From: Chiloscyllium plagiosum | Lineage: Eukaryota | Direction: 5' to 3' | DNA: 64,000 nt | NCBI RefSeq assembly: GCF_004010195.1 | Contig: NC_057719.1 | Location: 35,919,041 to 35,983,040, forward strand | Part shown: positions 51,948 through 63,700 of the stretch, piece by piece | Layout: each line of letters opens with the position of its first letter | How positions within the stretch are numbered: position 1 is the first letter of the stretch | Translations under genes and position numbers: made by a program | The notes under the pieces: generated by a model | The model's database searches: none | Told to the model about the DNA's origin: nothing | What the model saw: only the letters and a program-made list of their open reading frames with translations

Positions 51948-53513
51948 TGTAGTCAGGGGGCTGAGTTGAGTATGGTTGCCATTACAAAAGAGAAAGTGCT
52001 AGAAAAGCTAAAAGGTCTTAAAATTGATAAATCTCCTGGCCGCGATGGGCTACATCCTAGAGTTCTGAGGGAGGTGGCTGAGGAACTAGCGGAGGCGTTG
52101 GTTGAGATCTTTCAAAAGTCCTGGAGTCAGGGAAAGTCCCGGATGATTGGAAGATCACTGTTGTAACCCCCTTGTTCAAGAAAGGATCAAGGCAAAAGAT
52201 GGAAAATTATAGGCCAATTAGCCTAACCTCGGTTGTTGGTAAAATTCTAGAATCCATCATTAAGGATGAGGTTTCTAAATTCTTGGAAGAGCAGGGTCGG
52301 ATTAGAACAAGTCAACATGGATTTAGTAAGGGGAGGTCATGCCTGACAAACCTGTTGGAGTTCTTTGAACAGGTGACAAGTAGGTTAGACCGGGGAAACC
52401 CAGTGGATGTGGTCTACCTAACTTCCAAAAGGCCTTTGATAAGGTGACACATGGGAGGCTGCTGAGCAAGGTGAGAGCCCANNNNNNNNNNNNNNNNNNN
52501 NNNNNNNNNNNNNNNNNNNNNNNNNNNNNNNNNNNNNNNNNNNNNNNNNNNNNNNNNNNNNNNNNNNNNNNNNNNNNNNNNNNNNNNNNNNNNNNNNNNN
52601 NNNNNNNNNNNNNNNNNNNNNNNNNNNNNNNNNNNNNNNNNNNNNNNNNNNNNNNNNNNNNNNNNNNNNNNNNNNNNNNNNNNNNNNNNNNNNNNNNNNN
52701 NNNNNNNNNNNNNNNNNNNNNNNNNNNNNNNNNNNNNNNNNNNNNNNNNNNNNNNNNNNNNNNNNNNNNNNNNNNNNNNNNNNNNNNNNNNNNNNNNNNN
52801 NNNNNNNNNNNNNNNNNNNNNNNNNNNNNNNNNNNNNNNNNNNNNNNNNNNNNNNNNNNNNNNNNNNNNNNNNNNNNNNNNNNNNNNNNNNNNNNNNNNN
52901 NNNNNNNNNNNNNNNNNNNNNNNNNNNNNNNNNNNNNNNNNNNNNNNNNNNNNCTCATTTGGAGTACTGTGTCCAGTTTTGGTCCCCACACCTCAGGAAG
53001 GACATACTGGCACTGGAGCGTGTCCAGCGGAGATTCACACGGATGATCCCTGGAATGGTAGGTCTAACATATGAGGAACGGCTGAGGATCCTGGGATTGT
53101 ATTCATTGGAGTGTAGAAGATAAAGGGGAGATCTAATAGAAACTTACAAGATAATACATGGCTTGGAAAGGGTGGACGCTAGGAAATTGTTTCCGTTAGG
53201 TGAGGAGACTATGACCCGTGGACACAGCCTTAGAATTAGAGGGGGTAAATTCAGAACAGAAATACGGAGACATTTCTTCAGCCAGAGAGTGGTGGGCCTG
53301 TGGAATTCATTGCCACAAAGAGCAGTGGAGGCTGGGACGCTAAATGTCTTCAAGGCAGAAATTGATAAATTCTTGATGTCACAAGGAATTAAGGGCTACG
53401 GGGAGAATGTGGGTAAGTGGAGTTGAAATGCCCATCAGCCATGATTGAATGGCAGAGTGGACTCAATGGGCCGAATGGCCTTACTTCCGCTCCTATGTCT
53501 TATGGTCTTATGT
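51948..53513 (+). mobile_element. Young CR1 LINE RT to 3' fragment spanning a gap
   Basis: KSPGRDGLHPRVL, NYRPISLTS, SQHGF, HFFSQRVVGLWN; (gtcttatg)n tail. Confidence 0.95.
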
Positions 53514-53793
53514 CTTCCTTAAGCTCAAGCACTTAACAGCCTTACAGGATATTTTGGAGCTTCTGTTTTACTAACGTTTAAGGCACTCATGATCATAAAC
53601 CTTTATCTCAGAATGCATTCCATGGTTAGATCTTTAATTTGAAGAATTGAAATTCTTTCAAAAAGAAATAGAGTTGGCATGAGAGGGGTGCTTTGTTTTC
53701 CTTATAGTTTATACTTCAACACTATACTTTCAAGTCCTCCTTTTATAGTCAACACTAGTCAAGTATAGTCAACACTATACTTCAACAGTATAG

Positions 53794-54129
53794 TGGGTGG
53801 CACGGTAGCACAGTGGTTAGCACTGCTGCCTCACAGCGCCAGAGACCTGGGTTCAATTCCCACCTCAGGCGACTGACTGTGTGGAGTTTGCACATCCTCC
53901 CTGTGTCTGCGTGGGTGTGCTCCGGTTTCCTCCCACAGTCCAAAGATGTGCAGGTCAGGTGAATTGGCCATGCTAAATTGCCTGTAGTGTTAGGGGCAGG
54001 GGTATATGTAGGGGAATGGGTCTGGGGGTGGGTGCACTTCGGCGGGTCGGTGTGGACTTGTTGGGCCGAAGGGCCTGTTTTCACATTGTAAGTAATGTAA
54101 TCTAATCTAAGTAATCTAATCTAATCTAA
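53794..54129 (+). mobile_element. HE1 V-SINE
   Basis: gggtggcacggtagcacagtggttagc head; (taatc)n tail. Confidence 0.95.
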
Positions 54130-54813
54130 AACACTAAGCTTTACCAAAGAATATAATATAGCAGTAAATAAGAATAACAACAAAGAATATGTTGTTAGAA
54201 GTGATACAGAAAAACGTGGAACTGATAACTAACTGAAAGGTGAATAGGTGGTGAAAACAATAGAATGTTTTATTTGTTTCTAGGATGTCAGCATCATTTA
54301 CCAGCAGGCCTTATTTGATCTTTGAGAAGGTGGTTGTGAGTCACCTCTGTCTGTACAATGGAATATCATGCCATTTCAGAGGTCAGATAATGATCAATTA
54401 TTATCCAGCTCTGAGAATACTGGACTAGCCAAATCTTTCTTATAATCTAGCTTCAGGGAACAGAATTTTTTTAAAGTATCAAGTATGTAGAAGAGGCAAG
54501 GGTAAGAAAATAAGTATCAGTGTTACAGAGTTGAAATGAAATATGAGAAAACAGATCTAATTGTACAAAACTGAACAAGACAAACACAAATATAATGTTT
54601 AAATAGGTGTATGGAACAGATAGTTATCCTAAATTATATATACAGATGTACAACTGGTTTAACCATCAGGTTTAACATTAGGTAATTCTGAGTTAACAGG
54701 CAAACTGTGGTCAAGTGCTCCACAGATAGCATTATAAATGGGTAATGCAGTCAAGACAGATCCTACCCAGATGTTAGCGACATTGTGAGTCACCAAATTT
54801 TGTTAAAACACTT

Positions 54814-54952
54814 ACACAAAAACAGAAATTTCTTGAGAAACTCAGCAGTTCTGGCAGCATCTGCGGAGAGAAATATTTTAGGTCCAGTGACCCTTCTTCA
54901 GAATTCCTGTTCCAGTTGTTTCAGATCTTTAGCATCCTAAGTTATTTGTTTT
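54814..54952. mobile_element. Decayed PLE pseudo-LTR, family C
   Basis: ggtccagtgacccttcttcagaa 54881-54903 (minus-strand hammerhead, GAAA lost). Confidence 0.65.
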
Positions 54953-55659
54953 ATAAACTACATTGGTTTAACTGTAAACCATTTCATCTCTAACTGTTAG
55001 ATCTTCTAAATAGGAAATAATAACTGGAATTATTTTAGATTTCTAACTTCTGATGAGGTAGCATTGCAGTAATACAACCAACAGGCACAAAGGAAAATTG
55101 CAAGAGGAAGCTCACAAAAATTGAAGTCAAACCAAAACTGTTACTGAAGTGCAAAAGCCTGAAACTCAAGAAGGAGCATGGGCAAAACAAGTATTTTTAA
55201 ATTAAAATTTAAACCACATCCCTCAATGAGACAGAACATGTGATTTGCAGTGATGGAATGTTCTATTTTGTTCTGGGAATCTAGGAAGCGTTAAGAAACA
55301 AGAAACAAGTACATAACAAAACTCTTGATGAGTCATCTTGGAACATAACAAAGACCCTCGGGAGTTTGCTGTAAATGGTACACCCAAAAGAGCAGTAAAT
55401 ATTTTAACATTTCTACATAGAGGAATGAATGTTTATGAATAACAGCAGTCAGTTTACTGTCCTGCCCTCCCCAGAATTCATCAATTCCTTCCTGTCATAT
55501 GCCTCTACAAGTTCTTATTTTTTAATTGTCCTTCACCAATAGCATACCAAATAATTATTCATCTGTTAATCTGGTAGTAAGCTAATTTATTTTAAGGACA
55601 AGCAGTCACTGAATGTTTTAAGAGAAATGTTTGAGATTAATTCACATGTATAATAGCTT

Positions 55660-56390
55660 CGGGGTTTGATTTCAACTTGAGTTCATTGGTATCACACTCT
55701 CTTCTGAGTCAGAATGTTGTGGTTCTCACCATATCCCAGGGTTTGAGTACGTATGTTAAGGTGCTCCCCAACAAAGTACTGAGGGAATAATGTACAGTTG
55801 GGTATATTGTTTTCTGATGACATATTAAATAAAAGATTTACCTATCCTTCTAGGTGGACTTAAAAGAAAAGGCAAATTCCCTTAGGGCGGCACAGTGGCT
55901 CCATGGTTAGTACTGCTGCCTCACACCACCGGGATCTGGTTTCGATTCCAGTCTCAGGCGACTGTCTGTGTGGAGTTTGCACATTCTCCCCATGTCTGCA
56001 TGGGTTTCCCCCGGATGCTCTGGATTCCTCCGTCAGTCCAAAGATGTGCAGGTTAGGAGAATTGGCCTTGCTAAGTTGCTCATAGTGTTCAGGGATGTGT
56101 ACGTAAGGTGCATTAGTCAGGGGTAATGTAGAGAAAAGGGTCTGGGTAGATTACTCTTTGGATGGTCAGTGTGGACTTGTTGGGCCAAATCACCTGTTTT
56201 GCACCCTGTAGTGATTCTATGATTCTAAATTTTCCCAGCACGTGACCAACATTTGTCCCTTAAGCCACATTATTAAAATAGGTAATTTGGTAAATTTAGC
56301 TCACTGCTATTTGTGGTATTTTTCTGTGAACAAACTGGCGACTGAAAGTCCCTGCACGACAACAGTAACCACACATGAAAAGTATTTTTC
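55660..56390 (+). mobile_element. Old DeuSINE interrupted by an HE1 SINE
   Basis: ttctgagtcagaatgttgtgg, gtactgaggga, aggtggacttaaaaga; resumes at 56230 with ctatttgtggt..acaacagtaacc. Confidence 0.6.
55884..56227 (+). mobile_element. HE1-type V-SINE
   Basis: gggcggcacagtggct head, V-domain, gattctat tail. Confidence 0.9.
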
Positions 56391-56394
56391 CTTT

Positions 56395-56928
56395 GATTCT
56401 GGAAACATTGCTGCAAATTAGAAAACTGCAAATGTATCATCTGGGTTCAAGAAAGGAAGGAGACATTAAGCATGAAACCATAGGACAGCTAACCCATCAC
56501 GAGTCATTGGGAAAATGCTAGAATTATTATTAAACAAGTAGTAGCAGTAAATGTAGAAAATCATCATATAATCAGGCAGAGTAAACATGGTTCTGTGAAA
56601 GATAAATTGACAAATTTGTTAGAGTGCTTTGAGGATATGACATGCAGGGTGAATTATGGGGGCATAATTTGCTTCATTTGGATTCCAAATGTGCATCATT
56701 TGGATTTCTAAAACACACTTGATAAGGTGTCACTTTAAAGGTTACCAAGATAAGAGTCCATGATGGTGGGCCTAATCTATTAGCATAGATTAGAGACTGT
56801 TTAACTAACAGGAAATAAAGAGTTGGGATAAATGGGTCGTTATAAGTTTGGAAAATAGTAATTAGTGAAATTCTGCAGTGCTTTGGTCTCAACTCTTTAT
56901 GATCTCCTTTAATGACTTGAATGAAGTT
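56395..56928 (+). mobile_element. Degenerate CR1 RT fragment (further piece at 58204-58455)
   Basis: WKTANV-like, KHGSVK, DF*NTLDKV remnants. Confidence 0.7.
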
Positions 56929-57017
56929 ATGATTTGGAGATGCTGGTGTTGGACTGGGGTGTACAAATTTAAAAATCACACAGCACCAGGTTATAGTCCA
57001 ACAGGTTTAATTGGAAG

Positions 57018-57052
57018 CACTAGCTTTCGGAGCGCCGCTCCTTCATCAGGTG
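57018..57052 (-). ncRNA. Minimal hammerhead ribozyme motif, family B, intact
   Basis: cac CTGATGA a ggagc-ggc-gctcc GAAA gcta gtg. Confidence 0.78.
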
Positions 57053-57091
57053 GTTGTGGAGGACACAATTGTAAGGCACAGAATTTATAGC

Positions 57092-57837
57092 TGAAAATAT
57101 TTTGCTGGAAAAGCGCAGCAGGTCAGGCAGCATTCAAGAAGCAGGAGAATCAACGTTTCGGGCATGAGCCTTTCTTCAGGAATGAGGAAAGTGTGTCCAG
57201 CAGGCTAAGATAAAAGGTAGGGAGGAGGGACTTGGGGGAGGGGCGTTGGAAATGCGATAGGTGGAAGGAGGTTAAGGTGAGGGTGATAGGCCGGNNNNNN
57301 NNNNNNNNNNNNNNNNNNNNNNNNNNNNNNNNNNNNNNNNNNNNNNNNNNNNNNNNNNNNNNNNNNNNNNNNNNNNNNNNNNNNNNNNNNNNNNNNNNNN
57401 NNNNNNNNNNNNNNNNNNNNNNNNNNNNNNNNNNNNNNNNNNNNNNNNNNNNNNNNNNNNNNNNNNNNNNNNNNNNNNNNNNNNNNNNNNNNNNNNNNNN
57501 NNNNNNNNNNNNNNNNNNNNNNNNNNNNNNNNNNNNNNNNNNNNNNNNNNNNNNNNNNNNNNNNNNNNNNNNNNNNNNNNNNNNNNNNNNNNNNNNNNNN
57601 NNNNNNNNNNNNNNNNNNNNNNNNNNNNNNNNNNNNNNNNNNNNNNNNNNNNNNNNNNNNNNNNNNNNNNNNNNNNNNNNNNNNNNNNNNNNNNNNNNNN
57701 NNNNNNNNNNNNNNNNNNNNNNNNNNNNNNNNNNNNNNNNNGGAGGTGGCGGAAATGACGGAGGATGATACGATGTATATGGAGGTTGGTGGGGTGGTAG
57801 GTGAGGACCAGTGGGGTTCTGTCCTGGCAAAAGTTAT
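57092..57837 (-). mobile_element. Nested Neptune-like PLE 3' fragment with hammerhead (family A variant, 57148-57183)
   Basis: TSD agaatttatagc 57080-57091 / 57838-57849; 57742-57826 matches ORF sequence at 42828-42912; attc CTGAAGA a aggc-tcat-gccc GAAA cgtt gatt. Confidence 0.88.
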
Positions 57838-59027
57838 AGAATTTATAGCAAAAGTTTACAGTGTGATGTAACTGAAATTATACATTGAAAAATACCTTGA
57901 TTGTCTGTTGAGTCTTTCATCTGTTCGAATACCATGATAGTTTCACTACTTTCATATGTAAATCACAAAACTATTTTTTAGAAGTTGCATTCTCAGGTTA
58001 ACTGTAACAATTGGTGTCAGCCAGATAATATGTTGAAGGTGTTAGCCCCCTGTGTTCCCTGTCTGTGCCATAATGTTTAGAATGATTCTAATCTAAAAGG
58101 TGAGTTAATAGAGTCTTACATGGATTCATGCAGTTTCTGAGCAAAGTACAATGTAACTCTGCAAGAACAAATTCACCCACAAACATATATGTATATGTAT
58201 ATGTTGGAAGCAGTTCATCCATAGTTTTATGAGATGGATTCCTGGGATGAGGGAGTTTTCAAATAAGAAAATGTTGATCAAGTTTAGCCTATACTCATCG
58301 GATTTTAGAAGAACGACAGGTGACCTTATTGGACAATATCAGATTCTGAGGCTGTTCAACAGGGTAGATGATGAAATAATGTTTTGACTTATCAGGGAAT
58401 CAAGGACTAGGGCGCACAGTTTCAAAATGAGGGATTGCCATTTAAAATGGAGATTTACTGTTAGAGAATGAAATATGGGATGTAAACTGTCAGGAGGAGA
58501 ACACTGTTAGGGAGTGAGGGAGGGAGTGAATACTGTCAGGTGAATTTGCGGTGGTGAACACTCGGGGGTGGGGGGGAATGAGAAGATAAGACTAAACCAA
58601 GAAATAATGGCTAGAGGATAATTAATAATTGTAGATATCATTTTGAAAATATATTTTACTGCAAATCACAACTGGGAATAGCTCAGTTAACACATGCTGT
58701 GGCTCAATTAAATTCCTTACTTCCCGGAATGCAGCACCGAGTGCCATGAAGCAGGCATGGTTTGTCTTCCTGCCAACTATCCTGCAGGTACAAAGGGAAC
58801 AATTGGATTTCAGCTAGGCTTCATTTTTTTCTGAAGGTTTGGAAGGTTGTGTCAGAAATGCTGAGCTTGGCTGTAGAGTAACAAGACCTGCTGAAATTTG
58901 TGCAGGGTTTTGATACAAAATTCAGAATATTCCGTATAGTTTTAGTCTCTGTACCCATGGAGTTGAAGTAGAATGTGAATGCAGATTCACAAAATTGATT
59001 GATGGGAGAACAACTTTCTTCTATATG

Positions 59028-59274
59028 GTTAAAAATCACACAACACCAGGTTATAGTCCAACGGGTTTAATTGGAAGCACACTAGCTTTCGGAGCGACGC
59101 TCCTTCATCAGGTGATAGTCCTTCATCAGGTGACTATCATCAGGACTATCACCTGATGAAGGAGCGTCGCTCCGAAAGCTAGTGTGCTTCCAATTAAACC
59201 TGTTGGACTATAACCTGGTGTTGTGTGATTTTTAACTTTGTACACCCTAGTCCAACACCGGCATCTCCGAATCA
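59028..59274. mobile_element. 247-bp palindromic PLE-derived element with two intact hammerheads (family B)
   Basis: Arms 59028-59119 / 59145-59236 near-perfect; 38-nt right extension; TSD ttcttctatatg 59016-59027 / 59275-59286. Confidence 0.93.
59150..59184 (+). ncRNA. Minimal hammerhead ribozyme motif, family B, intact (mirror copy 59080-59114, minus strand)
   Basis: cac CTGATGA a ggagc-gtc-gctcc GAAA gcta gtg. Confidence 0.8.
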
Positions 59275-59319
59275 TTCTTCTATATGCTATTCTATTTCAA
59301 CAAAATACACTTGATTTCA

Positions 59320-59700
59320 AAGAATGAGGGATGATCTCATTGAAAGACATGAGATTTGGAGAGGATTTGACTTGGCGGATTCTGAATGTTTTCCTGGCTG
59401 GAAGAAGAGTCTCAGTCTCAGAATAAGGGATGGCAATTTCAGACTGGGAGCAGGGGACACTTCTGCACAGAGACAGGGTTGTGAATCTTAGGAACTCTCT
59501 ATTCCAAAAGGATGCAGGATACTTATCCTATTTAACTATTCAGGCAGGGTTCATTTGATATTTGGATTTCTAAGGAAATCAAGAGATTTGGGGTCTGAGG
59601 GGAAAGTAGGGTTAGTATTGGGAATCAATCATAATGTTATTAAATAGTACAACAAGTCTGTGGGCCTGCATGACTGACTCATGCTCCCATATCTCATGTT
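59320..59700 (+). mobile_element. Old CR1 3' end
   Basis: agaatgagggatgatctcattgaaa, gggttgtgaatcttaggaactctct, gctcccatatctcatgt. Confidence 0.7.
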
Positions 59701-60718
59701 TTTAAAAGGGTTTTAGAGTGATGGTTTAGATTTTTACATAAGAAGCTTGAATTGGAAGATGGGATAATCCTGCCACTGTCCTGATATTATCTCCACCTTG
59801 AGAATTCCAGCAGGTAGGAACTTTTAGGGGTCTGCCCCTAAGGGGCCTGGAGGTGCACCTACTGGAGGTGGGCTGAGTCCAGTTTGGGCAGGTTGAAATA
59901 CTGATTTCATTCCCAGCTAATCTTCTATGCAGCGTTTCCAAGGCAATCAGCAACTCACCTAAGTACAGTTGAATCTTCTGGCTGCCTTAAATCTGTCCTC
60001 ACCCTACCCGCTGCCGCTGTTATGTGAAACTCCCCTACTCTCACCCTGTCATCCATTTTATGAATAATTCTCGCAAGTACTATTATAACAGTTGGAAGAC
60101 AATGAATAGCCTATAACTTGTTCTGAGTAAACAAATAAACTCTTCAAAGCACATTATTCTGTATTCAAATCCCTCAACCTTTCTTGCTTCTCACACAGTC
60201 ACGAATCTGCCTATTTCCAATTCTTTACTTCTGTTGTCCAGGCTAGTGGATTGTTTGTATTTGCTTACCCCATTGTTGCTAGTGCACCAACAGCAATAAC
60301 TTCTCCGTCTGTCCTGGCATTGTTACTTCTGAGATCTCACAAGGATCTTGCTAACCTCCCACAACTCTTCTCTGCCTCACTGGGGTAATTCATTGGAAAT
60401 CAAGTCCTGCTATTCTTGGCTTTGTAACATTTGGCAAGCACTTTCAGGAGGTGGAATTGGTCCTTAATTGGGTGTATGGGATGTTGAATTCCTCAAGGCA
60501 GATGCGTTGTGTGAGATATCTTTTAAAAAGGAAATGCTATTGCACTTCAACACACATATGGTTTTGACAGAAGGTAAATCCAATTTCAGTGGCAAGGAGA
60601 GCTCGATGACTGGGAATCTCCCTACAGCTACAGCCTTCATCCACTATCACAGATAATGACATCACACAACCATCTTCCCATGGATTGCTATTGAGGACTT
60701 GTTTGGACTCTGCTTTGT

Positions 60719-61007
60719 AAAGGTAAAAGCAATGACTGCAGATGCTGGAAACTAGAGTTTAGATTAGAATGATGCTGGAAAAGCACAGCAGTTCAGGCAG
60801 CATCCAAGGAGCAGGAAAATCGACATTTTGGACAAAAGCCCTTCATCAGGAATACAGACAGAGTGCCTGAAGGGTGGAGAGATAAATGAGAGGGGGGTGG
60901 GGGTGGGGAGAAAGTCTTCCTCCAGGCGTCGGATGGTGAGGGAGCGGCAGTGAAGGAGGCCCAGGACCTCCATGTCCTCGGCTGAGTGGGAGAGGGAGTT
61001 GAAATGT
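60719..61007 (-). mobile_element. Internally deleted PLE 3' end (family A), hammerhead decayed
   Basis: EHFNSLSHSAEDMEVLGLLHCRSLTIRRLEE joined to pseudo-LTR; TSD tctgctttgt 60709-60718 / 61008-61017. Confidence 0.88.
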
Positions 61008-62261
61008 TCTGCTTTGTCTGGTTCCTCCCCTGACATTACTATCATGGCTGTCCCTGCCAGAACTTGAGAACTCCTGATGGCTTTGCTCTGGGATCAATGG
61101 AACATGCAAGCCTCTCCAATAGAGCTGGATGACAATCCAAGGAGAGGATTTGAACATACACTGTATCTGAAAAATAATTAGCGTGACTAAGTCAAAATGA
61201 AAGTATTTGAATATTAATTTAAATGCACTTATTTTATATTGTAAGCATTGTTGGTGGAATTGTAGATTGAAATATGAAAGGAATAGATGGTAAACTGTTG
61301 CTGATAATACCAAATTTGTGCGAAAGATTAATCTGATTTCATTAAGCTAGATTTGGTAAGTTTATGTAAAGAAACAAATGAGCAAGTCTGATTTAGAGTT
61401 TAGCAATATAGATGATTGGAGATAAAGGGAGGGTGAAAGGATGCATTTTTGTTTTACTGCCTGGGTGTTAATCCAATGGAGCAAACAATCTGTCCTTTGT
61501 AGGATCTGCCTGGTTTTTCTTATTTCAATTGATTCAAAATAAAGTTGAGTAATCCCCTCTGACATATCATCTTTAAAGTAATGAAGTCAAAATCTATCCA
61601 CAGCTCTTTTACTGGTGTATGGGAGAGTAGGCAGATTCCTGTCCGTTCTTTAATTGTTGATCCTCCTTAAAGATTTTCATTAATCTCCAGATGTAGTATT
61701 TTGCAGAGATTTCTGAATGAGGTCAACCAAGAGATTTTGGCAGTTCAAACAAGGTTTTAGAATTCATGAGTAGTGTGAAAATCAGCCTGAATAGAATCAA
61801 GTCATTTATTTTTAAGCAAAAATCTTTACAGTAGCTTCATCAAATGTATTAAGTTTAATCATTTTTGTTATTGCATGAAGACAACTGAGATTTTGTTGCA
61901 GGCTGTCATGAAGGCTGCAAACTTGGGTTTGAATACTGTTTGAGACTAAAACAGAGTGAGTGATATCTGCGCAACTTCTACTTACTTTGGGTGTGTTCTA
62001 TGCTTAATACCAATGTGGTGAGGGTGGTACCTTGGTGTCATAAATGTGCATTGTAGGTCTGCAAAGTAGGCAGATTTTGAACTCAGTCACTGTGTAATAC
62101 TGATTTGACATACTACCATTCTGGATATCATATCTCCAGTAAACCATTGGTCCCGACAACCATTTAACATGCACACACCTTGCAAGCATTCAGCAGCAAG
62201 AAGGCTTCCTTCACCAATATCATGTAAATGGATTATCAATGTCAAGAAAAGATCTAACGAA

Positions 62262-62456
62262 GAAGAACAGAAATTGTTGGAAAATCTCAGCAGATCTGGC
62301 ACGTTTGTGGGGAGTAATCAGAGTTAATGTTTTGGGTCCAGTGACCCTTCTTCAGCGCTAGAGAAGGTGCATTGCTCTTTTCGACCCTACTGAAATTTTC
62401 CTGCAGTTACTGTTTTTGTTTTTGATTTCCAGCATCCGTAGTTCATTTGGTTTTCT
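62262..62456. mobile_element. Decayed fold-back PLE pseudo-LTR, family C
   Basis: gttaatgttttgggtccagtgacccttcttcag 62323-62355; degenerate inverted right arm. Confidence 0.65.
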
Positions 62457-62867
62457 TGTTAATGTTTAATGAATATGCAGATGAGCCTCTGAAGCAAACT
62501 GTGGTGTCACTGTGACCACAGGAGTAATGTATTAAGGTTCTTCTCAGAGTTTGGGCCTTGTGCAGTACAGAGCATGTTGGTGTTCTGTAGCCACTATCAT
62601 GCACAGTGCAACAACAAACAATGGCCCAGATTGACTGATAGCTAAAAAGTTGTTATTCCAGCATAGATGGGAATTGTGTGTGGTGAAACTTTGGAATTCC
62701 CATCATAGCAGAAGCCAGAGAATTCCCCAGGAATTTGAAGATTCCACGAGGCAATTACCTTAACGTCTGAAACTGTCAGAAGTTATCCATTTAAAGTGAA
62801 GTATTTGGAGCATGCCAATGAAACTGAATAAGTAGTTTCTCACAAAAAGCCAGACTATTATATACAT

Positions 62868-63700
62868 AAGGTGGTAAGGAAAAGCCAGGGAATGATAGAC
62901 CGGTGAGCCTGACATTGGTGGTGGGAATCCTGAGGGACAGGATGTACATGTATTTGGAAAGACAAAGACTGTGCGTGGAAAATCATGTCTCATGAACTTG
63001 ATTGAGTTTTTTTGAAGAAGTAACAAAGAGGATTGATGAGGGCAGAGTAGTAGACGTGATTAGATTAGATTACATTACAGTGTGGAAACAGGCCCTTCGG
63101 CCCAACAAGTCACACCGACCCGCCGAAGCGCAACCCACCCATACCCCTATATTTACCCATTACCTAACTCTACGGGCAATTTAACATGGTCAATTCACCT
63201 AACCTGCACATCTTTGGGATTGTGGGAGGAAACCGGAGCACCCGGAGGAAACCCACGCAGACACGGGGAGAATGTGCAAACTCCACACAGTCAGTCGCCT
63301 GAGGCGGGAATTGAACCCGGGTCTCAGGCGCTGTGAGGCAGCAATGCTAACCACTGTGCCACCGTGCCGCCCACACCTATATGATCTATATGGACTTCAG
63401 TAAGGTGTTCGACAAGGTTCCCCATGGGAGACTGGTTAGCAAGATTAGGTCACACAGAATAGAGGGACAACTAGCCATTTTGATACAGAACTAGTTCGAA
63501 GGCAGAAGACAGAGTGTGATGGTGGAGGATTGCTTTTCCATCGGGAGGTTTGTGACGAATGGTGTGCCACAAGGCTCGGTTCTGGGTCCACTGCTTTTCG
63601 TCATTTATATAAGTGATTTGGGTGTGAACATAGGAGGTATAGTTAGTAAGTTTGCAGATGACACCAAAATTGGAGGTGTGATGGACAGTGAAGAAGATTT
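62868..63700 (+). mobile_element. CR1 RT fragment interrupted by an HE1 SINE
   Basis: FFEEVTKRIDEGRVVDV | YMDFSKVFDKVPH, GVPQGSVLGP, FADDTK. Confidence 0.92.
63059..63372 (-). mobile_element. Young HE1 V-SINE
   Basis: Closely similar to 30159-30460. Confidence 0.95.

Larger units (their letters stand above)
56929..58200 (-). mobile_element. Family-B PLE pseudo-LTR element hosting a nested second PLE
   Basis: 56929-57091 plus 57850-58165 are collinear with the 13.6-14.4 kb element. Confidence 0.88.

Noticed and set aside
46568..57830. Long ORFs containing X runs
   Set aside because: Artefacts of the N gaps at 46768-47129, 52482-52953 and 57295-57741
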